DNA of 64,000 nt from Eledone cirrhosa (GCA_964016885.1 OZ024740.1:121520001-121584000), one strand, 5' to 3'. Shown: positions 1-13,870, numbered from the stretch's first letter. The notes: generated by a model not told the origin, from the letters alone. Translations and numbers: made by a program.

Positions 1-293
1 AGAATCATCTTCACATGCTTTAATATATGCACACCTCATTTCTAATCAATAACATTGCAGCTTTGAATATCTCGCAAGTTTAGGGTTATCCAGGATTACA
101 TTATTTAATAGGCCAATCTATTTTCTAAATTCATGAGAATAAATAAATCTGTTAGGGCCTCAGATAGAATGCTTTACAGTATTCATTAAGACTCAGCGCT
201 GTGTGTTGAAATGGCGTCCAGATCATCAGTGCTTTAAAATCATTTCGAGTTAGATTAAATTAAAAACAGTTCATTGGTAAGATCGAATCGTCT

Positions 294-324
<31 letters not shown>

Positions 325-1097
325 ACGAGTCTTTGTATTTTTTTCCAATAGAAGCGTAAGGTTAGAGGGAGATTTGCCTGCAAGTACTCGGAAGTCGAGC
401 GATTGACTCCCTATTCCACCAATAGCATATTGTATAGTAACGCAGAACCCAGGAATTGCCTTACAATATCACTGCCGGATTAGAACTTATAACGTGTACG
501 ACGTAAATCAAATAATAGTTTGGTTTTGAAAAATGTATTAAACATACCTCGCATTCCCTCTTAAAAACGCGTGTAGTAATGTGCAGATAATACAATGCGA
601 TTTACAAGATATTATCAAATATGCTCGACAAAATAAAATTAAAATCTCTAGAGAGCGTTAAGTTCACTATTATTCTGTCTTAGTTGGGAATTAAATATAA
701 AGAATACTGAAATAAATGTATTACATATTTATGAACGTAGCTGATATAGCAAAGAATGAAAATGGAAAAAGAGATAAGCTTAGGATGTTTGGAATATTCA
801 TATAAATATCGGTTTAAGCTTCTTATGGAAAATAACTTACTAGCGGTAGAAATGTCTGAGGAGAGAGGGGGTAAAGAACGAGTGACAGAGAGAAGGAGAG
901 AAAATACAGAGGAAGACAGAATGAGAAACGTGTATCAGTGCAGCGAAGAAATACAAAGACAAATAACTGATAAGCTAAAAGAGAGGAGACTGTTTCTGTT
1001 TATAATTTTCAGAATAATTGTGTAATATAATCGAAGGCTATCATTAATTACTACCCCTATTTTCAAGTACTGCTCGAAAAATTATCATGTATGTGCG

Positions 1098-1508
<411 letters not shown>

Positions 1509-1868
1509 CAAGTAAAAATTAGCGAGAATCGAATTTCAGCCTATGAAATAACGAAAAAACACTTTCGAATTGTGAGGCAAGCGCTCAATAATTCAAAAGA
1601 ATTAGAGCTTACAACTTACGTTAAAGGCCAGACACACTGAGATGATGGTTAAACTAATTATCCACACACCGAAGATTCGATCTCCTATTTCGAGTCAAAC
1701 AGATATACAGATATAAAAATATATGAAAGCATAAATGTTTTATACTTATATATTAATAAGAGGAATTCCAACTTTGTCTGATTTACTCGTTTTATTTACA
1801 ATCCTTTAAAAGGGATAATGGTATTATAATGAAATAGTATGATAGAATATTAAATGTTAAGTGTTAAT

Positions 1869-1907
1869 TGAACAAGTACTTTCATGCTTTCGCAATCTTC
1901 AGGTCCA
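1869..1907 (-). ncRNA. Minimal type I hammerhead ribozyme motif
   Basis: Minus strand reads tggac-CTGAAGA-t-tgc(gaaa)gca-t-GAAA-gtac-TT-gttca. Confidence 0.75.
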
Positions 1908-2002
1908 TAATGTGTGGTGACAGTCAAGTTTGCAATTTTCAACTGTAAACAGTTAAAACTGTGACAGTTGAACATTGCAAACTTGACTGAAACCACACAT
2001 TA

Positions 2003-2041
2003 TGAACCTGAAGATTGCGAAAGCATGAAAGTACTTGTTCA
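2003..2041 (+). ncRNA. Minimal type I hammerhead ribozyme motif
   Basis: tgaac-CTGAAGA-t-tgc(gaaa)gca-t-GAAA-gtac-TT-gttca: 5-bp stem I, palindromic stem III (agtact), CUU triplet. Confidence 0.8.
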
Positions 2042-2074
2042 ATTAACACTTAACATTTAATATTCTATCATACT

Positions 2075-2228
2075 GGAAAAAATGAAACGCACCGAGCATT
2101 ATAATAAATGTTCGGTGAATCCATACGTACATATATATATGTGTGCATGTATGTATATATATATATATATATATATATACATACTACTGTACGTCGGTAT
2201 ACATATATGTATGTACGTGTACATACTT
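2075..2228. mobile_element. Short insertion flanked by a 15-bp target-site duplication
   Basis: atattctatcatact at 2060-2074 and 2229-2243; the insert contains hairpin caccgagcatt/aatgttcggtg and a TA/TG-rich tail. Confidence 0.7.
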
Positions 2229-2362
2229 ATATTCTATCATACTATTTCATTATAATAACATTATACCTTTTAAAGGATTGTAAATAAAACGAGTAAATCA
2301 GACAAAGTTGGAATTCCTCTTATTAATATAATCTTCTATACACAATCATACACACCCGTGTA

Positions 2363-2550
<188 letters not shown>

Positions 2551-2682
2551 ACAAAGAAATAGGATTTAGCTTCAAGCATAGCTGTATACAGATATGTATA
2601 GACATGTCGTCTTTCTAAAGAAACACGGTATGTTTAAAGGGAAAACGTTTAGGAAGCCAGAGTCATGCAAACACCGGGACTA

Positions 2683-2697
2683 CCGCCCTCTGGTGGT
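2683..2697 (-). promoter_or_regulatory. CTCF-core-like motif
   Basis: Minus strand CCACCAGAGGGCGG matches the CTCF core consensus and sits in a GC-richer patch; motif match only. Confidence 0.25.
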
Positions 2698-3146
2698 GTC
2701 CAGCAGACGCAAGAGGGACAACCGTCTATGCATTTGAGACTTGAGTGGTCTTCATCTGGATGGTCCCTCCCTAGGAAATTTCTATACATATCTGTATGTG
2801 TGTGTGTTCGTCTGTAAATAACGCCTGCAAATATTCTATTATATTATTGTCGTTGTTTCAATGAGCTAAAAAGTCAGTCAAATTGGAAAATGGCGGGTAA
2901 GCGTATGCATGTGTGTGTGTATATGTAGGCACGTGTGTGCGTGCCTGTGTGTGAGAGAGACAAAAAGAGGGAAAATATTTTTCGAAAATCATATTTATTG
3001 TCAAATTACACATAGTTCGTTGCTGTAGTTTCGGTCATTTATTAATTTTAATCGATCTGTTTATTGTGTGTTTTATATATAACATCTAGTATTATTATTA
3101 GGCGGAGTAATTGCTGACCTTGTACCTAAAGTAGAAACAATTATTA

Positions 3147-3340
3147 GGCGGTGGATTGGCAGTATCGGTAGAGGGTCGGACGCCATGCTTTGCAGCAAAG
3201 AGTTACGGCCCTTTATGGTCTGAGTTCAAATCCCGCCGAGGTTAACTTAGCCTTTCATCCTTACGGGGTCGATAAAATAAAGTACCAGTAATACACTGGG
3301 ATAATTAATGGCCTTGTGCCTAAAGTAGAAACAATTATTA
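3147..3340 (+). mobile_element. tRNA-derived SINE (octopus-type), preceded by a duplicated tail at about 3105-3146
   Basis: A-box-like tggcagtatcgg, B-box gagttcaaatcc, core gcctttcatccttacggggtcgataaaataaagtaccagt, tail gccttgtgcctaaagtagaaacaattatta; several copies in the window. Confidence 0.85.
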
Positions 3341-4279
3341 ATTTTAGTAAAATAAAATAAATTACAGCGGTTTTCAAAAGAAATATATATAGTCACTAAC
3401 ATTTTAAAGAAGATATTAGGAGAAAGTATTATGTATTAAAATTTGTACTCTTTTCGCAAGCCTTGTTAATTTTTCTGATATTAGAAATATAAAAGTAAAA
3501 AGTACATTCAATAAACTTTACTCTTTCGCTAACTTTATGATTTGATATTTGTATCTATGAAACCTGCCAATTTAAGATATATGCCTTACTGAAATAAGTG
3601 GATTCCATATATATATTTAACTGGATATCATATTGGTGAGACCTAGTAAAACCTGATGTATTTGCTATTGACTTTATTACTATGCAATGAATACGAGTTA
3701 AAATAAATAGGTGTCAACAGTTGAACTATTATTGGTACAAAATAAACAAATTCGAGACCGATTCTCACTTTGATAGAGAGAGAACAAATGGACGAAAGTA
3801 AAGAACATATATACAGACGCTCACACACACATATACATACACACACACACGCACACACACACACACACAGACACACACACACACACGCAAACAACCCCCC
3901 CCCCACCCCCCACTTCCCATACATACACACACACGGCTGCATATCTCATGCGCAAACCTGTTGGGGTGAATTTATGCTCACAGGGGAACTGACATTCGCT
4001 TCATGAACATCGTGTTTGTCCGTTCCGTTGTCACTTCAATGTGGATTACCTCCTGATGTTCAGCTTATTATGTAGGAAGCTGTCAAATGAGGTCAAGGCA
4101 CTGGGTACTACGCGGAATCACGTGGCGACTGTCATCGTCGAAATATGTATCACAGCCTTATCAATAAAGGACTTTAATATCTAACCTACTTTGTATTTCA
4201 TTATTCTAAAAATACTCCGTCCTTCCAAAGTGGGGAAATGTACGTTGAGTTCTCGAATTGAATTACATCAATGTTTACG

Positions 4280-4315
<36 letters not shown>

Positions 4316-5068
4316 TATATGTGTGTGTGCAATTTTCTATATGTGTCTTTATGTTTGTGTTTGAAAAATGAAATGAAATTTACATCTATGAATATTTCGT
4401 GTTGGCTTCTTCCCAGTTGCATGAAGTGATGCTCATCAAATGAAAAGCAAAACCCTTATATGTTAAGCCAACATTTGTATGATAAACGTTTGTTTCACAC
4501 AATTCAAAATATATGAATAGAGATTTATTATGGTTTACATGGGGCATGCTTTTCATAAGACGAGTCAATTACCAACTCGTTTGATGAAAGGAATCTCCCA
4601 ATTAAACTATAATGAAATGGTATATCTAATAAAGAGGCATGTTTTAAAACCTAACATAGAGAAAACGTATCGAGAATATATTCTATGCAATCATTAGAGC
4701 TAAAATCAGTTATAAAAATTATATAAAATGAAACTTTTGGTTCGTTTTTTTGTGGAGATCTTTTACATTAAACATACGCACACAGGCGCACACACATGGA
4801 CACACGAATATATATATATATATATATAGTTTTGCGCGGTTTTTTATATGAAATTGTGTGTCGAATAAAATATTGTTATACTTGGGGAGGGTCATATTGT
4901 TATAATAATATTGCCAGAATTAATAATAGATCACACTTACTGTTTGGTTGGTTTTCGCTTCTGTATCTTTTATATCAGTTAATTTATTCGGTCCTCAATG
5001 TTTACCATTGACTGACCAACGGTCAAAAATACAGATATAATATAGACACAAACATATATATATAGTCT

Positions 5069-5110
5069 ACCAAAGTTCTTTCGTTGCACATCTGCAATAT
5101 CGTCAGTGGT
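5069..5110 (-). ncRNA. Minimal hammerhead ribozyme motif, slightly degenerate
   Basis: Minus strand reads acca-CTGACGA-ta-ttgca(gatg)tgcaa-c-GAAA-gaac-TT-tggt. Confidence 0.6.
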
Positions 5111-5154
5111 GCTATTATGTTTCCTCCTGTTGTATTGTATGTCTACGCCATAAA

Positions 5155-5409
5155 GATATCTTGATTTAAAACTGCACTATCCACAAGTGTTTTTTAACCT
5201 TCATATCATGTCTTCCTGTTTTATCTGATGAAAACACAAATATTGTTGCATGATGATATTTGTTTTTGAAATGCGCATAATAAAATACATGGAACTCTTT
5301 TAACCATCTTTGTTCTTATATATTATGTATACTCCAGTTCTACAAACTGTAGAGTGCTTCTTATCCGATATCTGCATTGCTTTATTGTACTACAATTAGA
5401 CTCACCTCC

Positions 5410-5412
<3 letters not shown>
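5155..5412 (+). mobile_element. PLE pseudo-LTR-like repeat ending in (TA)n; same family as 17516-17944
   Basis: Closely matches the reverse complement of 17516-17772; contains a hammerhead motif. Confidence 0.8.
5219..5285 (+). ncRNA. Type I hammerhead ribozyme motif
   Basis: ttttat-CTGATGA-[aaacacaaatatt...gatatttgttttt]-GAAA-tgcgca-TA-ataaaa: 6-bp stem I, palindromic stem III. Confidence 0.85.
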
Positions 5413-5487
<75 letters not shown>

Positions 5488-5661
5488 CATACATATATAA
5501 ACTACCGTATCATGTCGGGGTGTAACTACACAGTTAGAAAAAGGTATTCAATAAGTTGGTCGACTAGAGGCATCTATATTATTCATAGAAATGGAACAGT
5601 TCCAGTACTGTAGAAGCCATTTCAATATACAACAAAGATACATGCATGCACACACACGCAC

Positions 5662-5714
<53 letters not shown>

Positions 5715-5715
5715 A

Positions 5716-5818
<103 letters not shown>

Positions 5819-6743
5819 TATATAATTCGGATATATGTTTCGTGTGTGGAAAGTTGTTATGTGTGTTTGTAAGACTACATAACATCATATTATCAAACGA
5901 ATAGTACATTTATTAATGCGTAATATACTTTTTTTTGTTTTTGTTGTTTTGATGTATTTTATAGTCTGAGGAAAATATTTTTGTAATTTTTCGTATTTTA
6001 CATTATCTGTATCTGCTTTAGGAGGACTACATATTATATAGATTTAGTCATAGACAGACTGATATACATCGGAATGCACGCACGGAAAACTGTTTATTTG
6101 CATTATACGTATAATCTCATACATAAATACACGCGTGCAAAATAGAAACACACACATACGCTCACATCTGAACACAGATATACGTATATACACACACGCA
6201 TACGAATAACAACATTCCCTCAATCAAAGACAATCTGATACACACCTGAACCGGCACACACGCATACATACATATATACTATCTCAAACGTATGAGCCGA
6301 AATGGCAACGCACACACTTAAATTCTTCTTCTTCTTCTTCTTCTTCTTCTTCTTCTTTTCCATAATTTGATATTTACTGATGAGGAATCGACGTCCGATA
6401 TATTGATATATTTTTTGCATCAACTATGCAGCATAAAATAATAAGACTATCTTTCATTGTTATGCACGCGTGTCTCGTTCTTTTATCTTGAATTATATAC
6501 ATATATATATGTGACACACACATACACGTACACACACATAAACAAACACAGAAATATACACGCACGCACACACACACACATATATATATGTATATATATA
6601 TAAATATTTTTATGTAGATAAATCTACCAAAATATACGGTAGTGTCCAATCTGTATGAAGAACTCAATGTAATCCAAATATCATGAAAAGAGAAGATGTA
6701 TTCAAGAATTTTTTCGATGAAATCACAGGAAAACAGAGTCAAG

Positions 6744-7106
6744 ATAAATTAATAAAAACAATGAATAAAAACAAAGAAACAGTTCCTTATATTAAAAAAT
6801 TCATCATTTTACGATCGTTTCTAGTATATATATGTGTGTATTGGTATGTGTATCATATAGATCTATGTACAACTTTTACAAACTATCAGAGGAAATATAC
6901 ATACCTACACATATATAAGATGTCTTCAGAAATATATATGTGTAGGTATGTATATTTCCTCTGATAGTTTGTAAACACTTTACATAGATCTCTATGATAT
7001 ACCTACCAACACACACATATATATCGTAGAAACGATCGTAAAATGATGAATTTTTTAATATAAGGAACTGTTTCTTTGTTTTTATACATTGTTTTTATTA
7101 ATTTAT
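6744..7106. mobile_element. Palindromic PLE pseudo-LTR-like insertion
   Basis: Arms 6744-6917 and 6933-7106 around a 15-nt loop; both arms carry GAAACGATCGTA; right arm ends at (TA)n. Confidence 0.75.
6806..6933 (-). ncRNA. Hammerhead motif with about 100-nt stem II
   Basis: Minus strand reads attt-CTGAAGA-[long imperfect stem]-GAAA-cgatcg-TA-aaat. Confidence 0.6.
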
Positions 7107-7120
7107 ATATATATATACAT

Positions 7121-8038
7121 ATATTTATTAAAATAACAGATTAAAGTTTAAGCAAAAAATCGCTGCTTTCACCCTTAACGGGATCTTCTGAAACGAGAAA
7201 AATCAATCTGTGAACGCAAAAGTGAATATTTCGAAAAACGTTGCAACCGGAGGAAGATAGGAAGACGATAATTTGGTTCGTGGAAAGGTTCTCTGGCAAA
7301 AAACGGGAAAAAACGAATATAATACGTCATTATTTTAGGCGGTGAAAAACAAATTACACACAAAGACAAAACCACGTTTATGGTATAAAAGAAGTTGTAG
7401 ACTAATATTCTATTAGGTGGTTCATAGAGACGTTCTCTGGCAATGAACGGAAAAAACGAAGATAATACGTCATATGTGGAGCGTGGAGAACAAATGAAAG
7501 CAAAGACAAAACCACGTAAACGGTATAACTGAAGTCGTAGACTAAAATTCTAACTAGGAAACTAGTTATTCTAATCTCTGAAGCCGAGAATCATTCGGTT
7601 TCCTAGTTAGAATTTATAGTCTGCGACTTCAGTTATACCATTTACGTGGCTTTGTCTTTGCGTGCAATAGTTCTCGTCGCTCCACATATTACATATTATC
7701 TCGTTTTTTCCGTTTATTGCCAGAGAACGTCTCTATGAACCACCTAATAGAATATTAGTCTACAACTTCTTTTATACCATAAACGTGGTTTTGTCTTTGC
7801 GTGTAATTGTTTTTCACTGCTCCAAATAATGACGTATTATATTCGTTTTTTCCCGTTCTTTGCCATGGAACGTTTCCACGAACCAAAGTATCGTCTTCCT
7901 GTCTTCTTCCGGTTGCAACGTTTTTTGAAATATTCACTTCTGCGTTCACAGATTGACTTTGTTAGTTTCAGAAGATCCCGTTAAGGGTGAAAGCAACGAT
8001 TCTTTGCTTAAACTTTAATCTGTTATTTTAATAAATAT
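7121..8038. repeat. About 0.9 kb imperfect palindrome with an internal tandem duplication in each arm; probably PLE pLTR-derived
   Basis: Arms 7121-7562 and 7598-8038 with a 35-nt spacer; unit ttctctggca...gtagacta at 7289-7411 and 7434-7551; (TA)n on the left and at 8126 on the right. Confidence 0.8.
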
Positions 8039-8120
8039 TCGCTCAACGGTTCTTATATATTTGATATATATTTATCCTCATCCAGCCCTCTTTGGATTTT
8101 AGTCTTCACATTTATTATTA

Positions 8121-8189
<69 letters not shown>

Positions 8190-8284
8190 ATACATATATA
8201 TATATATGTATATATATATATAGATGAATACACAAGCAATCACACGTATGCATACATACATACAAGCATTCATATGATTTATAT

Positions 8285-8321
<37 letters not shown>

Positions 8322-9344
8322 CACTAGCATATACAAATATATAATTATAGAAATAATATGTTGGGATCCATGTATGTGTGTGTGTTTGTGTTTGCCTTCG
8401 TGCATTTATGTATTCATGAGCGTGAGAATATGCGATGTAAGTGAGGAATTGCATGTCATTTTAATTATCATCGCTAACATTACATTCGGTATTCCTGAAG
8501 CCCGCCATTAATTTGTTTTATACGCCGGCGTTCAGATGATTCGCTATTTCCAGTTATAATGAAACTGATGTCATTCTTGTTGCCTGTACCTACTTTCAGA
8601 ATGACTGCTCCTAAAGTAATCACTGCTTTCTTCTACATCTCTCCCATCACCAGATATAGTTTGACAGTGTCATTCCAAGTAGGAAGCTATCAATGGAATC
8701 ACGTTTCACAATGATATATGAAAGGAGATGTACTCATTGCACGCAAATTAGTTCATGTCAAACGATCAGATTAAACTGAGATATCTTGCTAAGTAGTTAG
8801 ATAGGTAGATAGCTATTGTAATAGTTTATCATATTGTTGTTGTGTAGTAAATTTTCTGACGAATAAATGTTTCTTCTACGCAAAAATGCTACGTTGATCT
8901 ACTTTTTTTGTAATGTGCAGTTAAATCTACATGTTGCCATTAAGATGGCGTCGAAATCGTGATATGATCAAAGATTTATTTAGGAATTCATAGTGAAAAG
9001 GAAAACAAATTCGACATAGTAAAATAATAATAAAATGCAGAAAAATCAATCGTTAAAATAAAATTTTATCGAAAGAATATTGTAAAGTATTAAAACAAAT
9101 TATGAACAAATCTTTCGTTGAAATTGTTAACTTGCCGACTTAGTATAGTGTCGAATAACATCAAAGTATTGAAATGAGACAGGAATATTAAAGAACTGAG
9201 GATTTTTATGACACCAATAACAGGATGAGGAGTAAGTTACACATTTTCAAATGTTAGTCGGTTCCTTCCAGCGTAAACCTGAAACAGGAGAGGAAATTCT
9301 ATCACGCACACGCACGCACGCATTTATCTATCCATCTAACTATC

Positions 9345-11965
9345 TAACTTTCGGAGGGAGCCAAAGCTGTTAGCTGGGCCCAAGTGGCAGAGGCGAGAAG
9401 TGGCATCAAATCCACAATTCGGTCTTTGCAAGAGAAAGATGGACGCATTATACATCCAAGCAGATGTGCACGGCCTTCCAGCAGCATTTTGCACAACTGT
9501 TCGGGAAAAGAGGTACATCGAGCGAGGTGATGGACTTCAGCTTCTACCTCGACGGCGTACCGCGACTCTCAAGCACGGATGCAGAGAACTGCGAAAGGCC
9601 GATCACAGCGGGTGAAATAGAAGATGCCCTAGGCCGCGGCGGGAAACGCAAATCTACCGGTTTAGATGGTCTACCCAATGAGTTTTACATAAGCATGCCA
9701 GACTTGTTCTCTGGCATCCTCGAAGCGGCCTACTGCAACTGGCAGCAGAACGGGAGTATTCCCACTCCTGTAGGCAGTGGCGTAGTAACGCTGATCAGGA
9801 AAGATGAGAACAAGGGGGATAAGATAAGCAATTTCAAGCCCATAACTCTGCTCAACACAGTGTTAAAGATTTTAGCCAAGGTGTTAGCAGCAGGGCTGGC
9901 GCTTGTCTTCGAGAACCTGGTAGGAGAAACACAAAAGTGTGCAACGCCAACCAGGTCCATGCACGACAACCTCCACCTCATGCGATACATCATAGCGAGG
10001 GTAGGGTGTAAACCTGACTTTTGTGGGGCTCTGATCAATTTAGATCAGTCTAAGGCATTTGATAGGGTCGACCATCAATACTTGGAAGCAGTTCTCAATG
10101 CGGCCGGCTTCGGTCCCATCTTCAGAGGCTGGATCGCTGCCATGCACACCAGCATCTGCTCGGCAGTCAAGGAGAATGTCTACCTTTCAGAACCATTCCA
10201 AATCATGCGTTCCATCCGTCAAGGATGCCCTCTCTCCTCCATTCTGTATGTACCAACTCTCGAGCCGTTACTGCGGAAGTTGGAGCTGTAGCCGGGCATT
10301 CCGATCGAACCAGGACTGCGGAAAGCAGCGTAGGCCTGTGCCGACGACATAACCGTAATGGTGTCGAAAACCTCGGAAATCAGGGTAATCGGCAACCTAT
10401 TACAAGAATACGAAACGTTGACAGGAGCAAGAAAACGTCTAAACAAGTCTGTCGGTTTGCAACTCGGCACATGCAGAGGCAAACCCATGCCTTCCGACAG
10501 TGTCGTTGGACGCTGGACGGAAGGACCAGTGAAATTGCTCGGTGTCTGGTTCGGTCCAGACCTCCAGGTGGACAAGAACTGGAACGAGGTCACGGAGAAG
10601 GTGTTTGCACTCACTCAGAAGTGGGCTGAGCGCATACTCTCCTTGAAAGGTCTAGCGGACGTGGCGAACACTTACATAGCGTCCATCATCTACTACCGCT
10701 TGACAGTCGTGCCTTGACTCCGCGAATAGCTTACCAAAATGGAACACCTACTCTTCAAGTTCCTCTGGAAGAAACAGGCTTCATTGGTGAGGAGATCCAT
10801 CTGCTGTTAACACCCTTCTAACGGAGGGCTGGGCATGCCGTGGCTGATGATGCGCAAACATGCACTGAGGCTACGCCATCTCCAGGTATTCCTGACCGGT
10901 GAACCGGTGTGGCTGTCTTTTAGGAGACAAGCTCTTCCACAACTCGTCTCACTAATAGAGCTGCAGTCTTGGTTCAAGCGAAGGCCTAAAATGAGTGACT
11001 GGCACCTCGAGTGCCTACGGGCACTCACAGCCCTCTACCAAGCGAAAACGGCAATCAGCGGAGACTCCACTTCGACATTCTATAGAGGATTAGTGGAGGA
11101 TAAGTGCGACGACGTTCTCGGGGAAACTCTAGGCATCGAGGAGGAAGAACTGACCAGTCTGTTCGGGAGGACTTTCCGTCCAGGGCCTATGGATAAATTC
11201 CAGAAATCAGTGGCCTGGCACTGCGTTCTACCAGTTCGAGACAAAATCTACAGGCATGGACGCCCTGGTAGAGATGCTTCCAAAAGGACCTGCCCAAGAT
11301 GCGAACAGGAGATCGAAACCGTTCTGCACGCAATTGTTTAGTGTCCAGGGGTGACCGACCTGTGGAATTAAGTCGAACAGCTGCTATCACGTGTGGGACG
11401 CATCCAGTTGTCAGCCGAGCCCATCATGAGGATCACCCCACCGCCTTCATTTAAGAACGAAGGAGAGGCTGCTTTCCTCTGTCTGGTGGCTATGGCGAAA
11501 GAGGTAATATAGTGGACGAGGTTAACAGGACTGAGGGCAAACACCTTTCTCTCCGGACAACAACTTATCCCCTTCTTTAAGTATCACTTCAGAAGGGAGG
11601 TGAGAGTGGAGAGAGAGGTGCTACACCCCAGTAAATTTGCTGAAAGGTGGGTGAATGTGGCGAAAATGGCCCAAGTGAATGGGCCATCTATGTATATAAA
11701 TCTGTAGGTTGAGGAAGATAAACAGAGGGAAGACAGGAACACCTACAAAACATGTTCCTGGTATTGACAGTTGTTCTATCCACCGGGTGTAAAACAACCC
11801 TGTAAAACAACCCTGCAACGTTCCCCCCTACTGGGGATTTCAATTGTTATTTTATTATATATAATTTATTGTTATTTATTAAGGTTAAAGTGTTTTTATG
11901 TAAAACCCCCGCCGTCACCTCTTGTAATGTCCCATTTTTGTACGCCCCTGTGGCAAATAAAGAAA
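9345..11965 (+). mobile_element. 5'-truncated, degenerate L1/Tx1-type LINE (RT, C-terminal CCHC, 3' UTR)
   Basis: ORF pieces with KSTGLDGLP, FKPITLLN, LDQSKAFDRV, RQGCPLS, CADD and CPRC-ETVLH; 3' end gtggcaaataaagaaa resembles the ends at about 56640 and 58620. Confidence 0.9.
9464..10291 (+). pseudogene. Tx1-type reverse transcriptase fragment
   Basis: Non-LTR RT motifs in a 275-aa ORF ended by a premature stop. Confidence 0.9.
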
Positions 11966-12055
11966 TATATCTATCTTTTGATCTATCTATTTATATTTCT
12001 CTCTCTATATATATCTACATATATATATTATCCCTATCTATCCACCTATGCACAT

Positions 12056-12170
<115 letters not shown>

Positions 12171-13420
12171 CATATACATATATAATCCGAGTATCTAACC
12201 ATTAGCTATTTAGCGAGATAATATACATTGACAGCGTCCTACCCCGGCGTATCTCCATACACCCCTCATTTCTGATCACCGGGCTTTACCATCTATCCTC
12301 GTTCTATAATCAAGCTCTCTTAAGGACAAACTAACTACTGCCTAATTCCTTTGACACATAGAATTCAATACAAACTGTGATAAGTAAAAAAAATACCTGT
12401 TATTTCTATTTTCATCCTTCTATAGGATAAATATGTGTCTCTATATGTGTATGTATTTACGTACGTGTGTGTAGGTGCTTATATGGGTGTATGTGTGTAT
12501 ATACGTATATATGTGTATACAGAAATGTGTATATATAGATATATGTGTGTGTATATATATATACATATATATATATATGTGTGTGTGAGCGTGTGTGTGT
12601 GTGCGTGTGTGTGTATGTGTGTGTATGTGTGTGTATGTGTGTATGTGTGTGTGTGTGCATTTAGAAATGTGTGGGCGAGTGTGTATTATATGTTTACAAT
12701 ATGGATTATAATTTTTAACGCCGACAATCATAATTTAACACCCCTTACTATCAGGACTCTTAATATTAATAAGCATACACCTTCCGAAATGATCTCATAT
12801 GTGAATATTTCACTAGCATCTCCAGTTCTACCCCAAAATGAGGAGTGAGAGCAGCCTATCAATGCTACTGCCACAAATATAGCCAGGTCATCTAGACCAA
12901 AGTTTCTCAACCCATTTCGGCCAAACGCTCCCTTTTGCCCCTCGAAAAAACAAAACGCCCCCTACGCTATTTTTCCATGTTACAATATACTACTGATTTT
13001 TATACCAGTAGATTACTGGGCCAAATGAAGTTTCGTTAAAATCTTTAAAAAAATCTTTAAAGAATACTCGTGCGAATTAAATACAAACACATTTCAGTCC
13101 CAAACAAAAGTAAGCTATTTCAAATTATATATTTTTGAAAAATAGACGTGAATGTTCTCAAAGATTTGATCTGAGTCGAAAAAGCTTTTTTTTAAAATAC
13201 TATATTTCACTGTTAGCTGTTGTAATATATTGAGTTGATAGACAATTCTACAATTCAAACTGTAAAGTCAAAATACAAAAGATGCAAAATATGAAGAATC
13301 ACAAACTCAAGGGAAAAATAGTACCTTGCAAAATAAAGTGCCTCGATCACAAACTTAGTAGTTGCAACGAATGAATTGAGATGCTTAGTGACAGTGAGCA
13401 AACAATATCTGTATCCTTTA

Positions 13421-13453
<33 letters not shown>

Positions 13454-13629
13454 GATATATACACATATATACACACATACCCCCCCCCCCCACACACACA
13501 CACACGCGCAGAAACGTGTGTGTGTGGGTGTCTGTGTATATCTTGATTTTGGTACAGAAAGAATTTTGTCTCTAGTTTTTATTGCCAGGTCAAAGGCCAC
13601 TCCTCTTTTCAACAACGTCAAGTAACAAC

Positions 13630-13727
<98 letters not shown>

Positions 13728-13870
13728 ATGAGAGAGAAAGAATTAAGTGTGTGTATGTGTGTGTGTGTTTGGTACACGTCTATCTATCTCTCAAACATGC
13801 GGCCGCGAACTACTATCCTATGGCCGGTGGTAGAACCAATATCTCAGATTCCATTATAACTGGTGAAAAT

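Larger units (their letters stand above)
1749..2330. mobile_element. Palindromic PLE pseudo-LTR-like insertion; right arm interrupted by a short insert
   Basis: 1749-1954 is the reverse complement of 1957-2074 plus 2230-2330, centre near 1955; each arm carries a hammerhead motif. Confidence 0.8.

Noticed and set aside
756-1025. 89-aa E/R-rich ORF
   Set aside because: Purine-rich low-complexity sequence with no domain or splice evidence
3960-4150. Unique-looking island as a possible exon (also 8470-8760, 38380-38560, 39690-39900)
   Set aside because: No convincing reading frame with splice sites; cannot be supported without transcript data
6374-6410. CTGATGA-gga...tcc-GATA hammerhead-like string
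   Set aside because: GAAA is altered and stems I and III are not convincing
7966-8005. CAGAAGA-t-ccc(gttaa)ggg-t-GAAA in both arms of the 0.9 kb palindrome
   Set aside because: U4 is replaced and no clear stem III, NUH or stem I is present, so it is not called as a ribozyme
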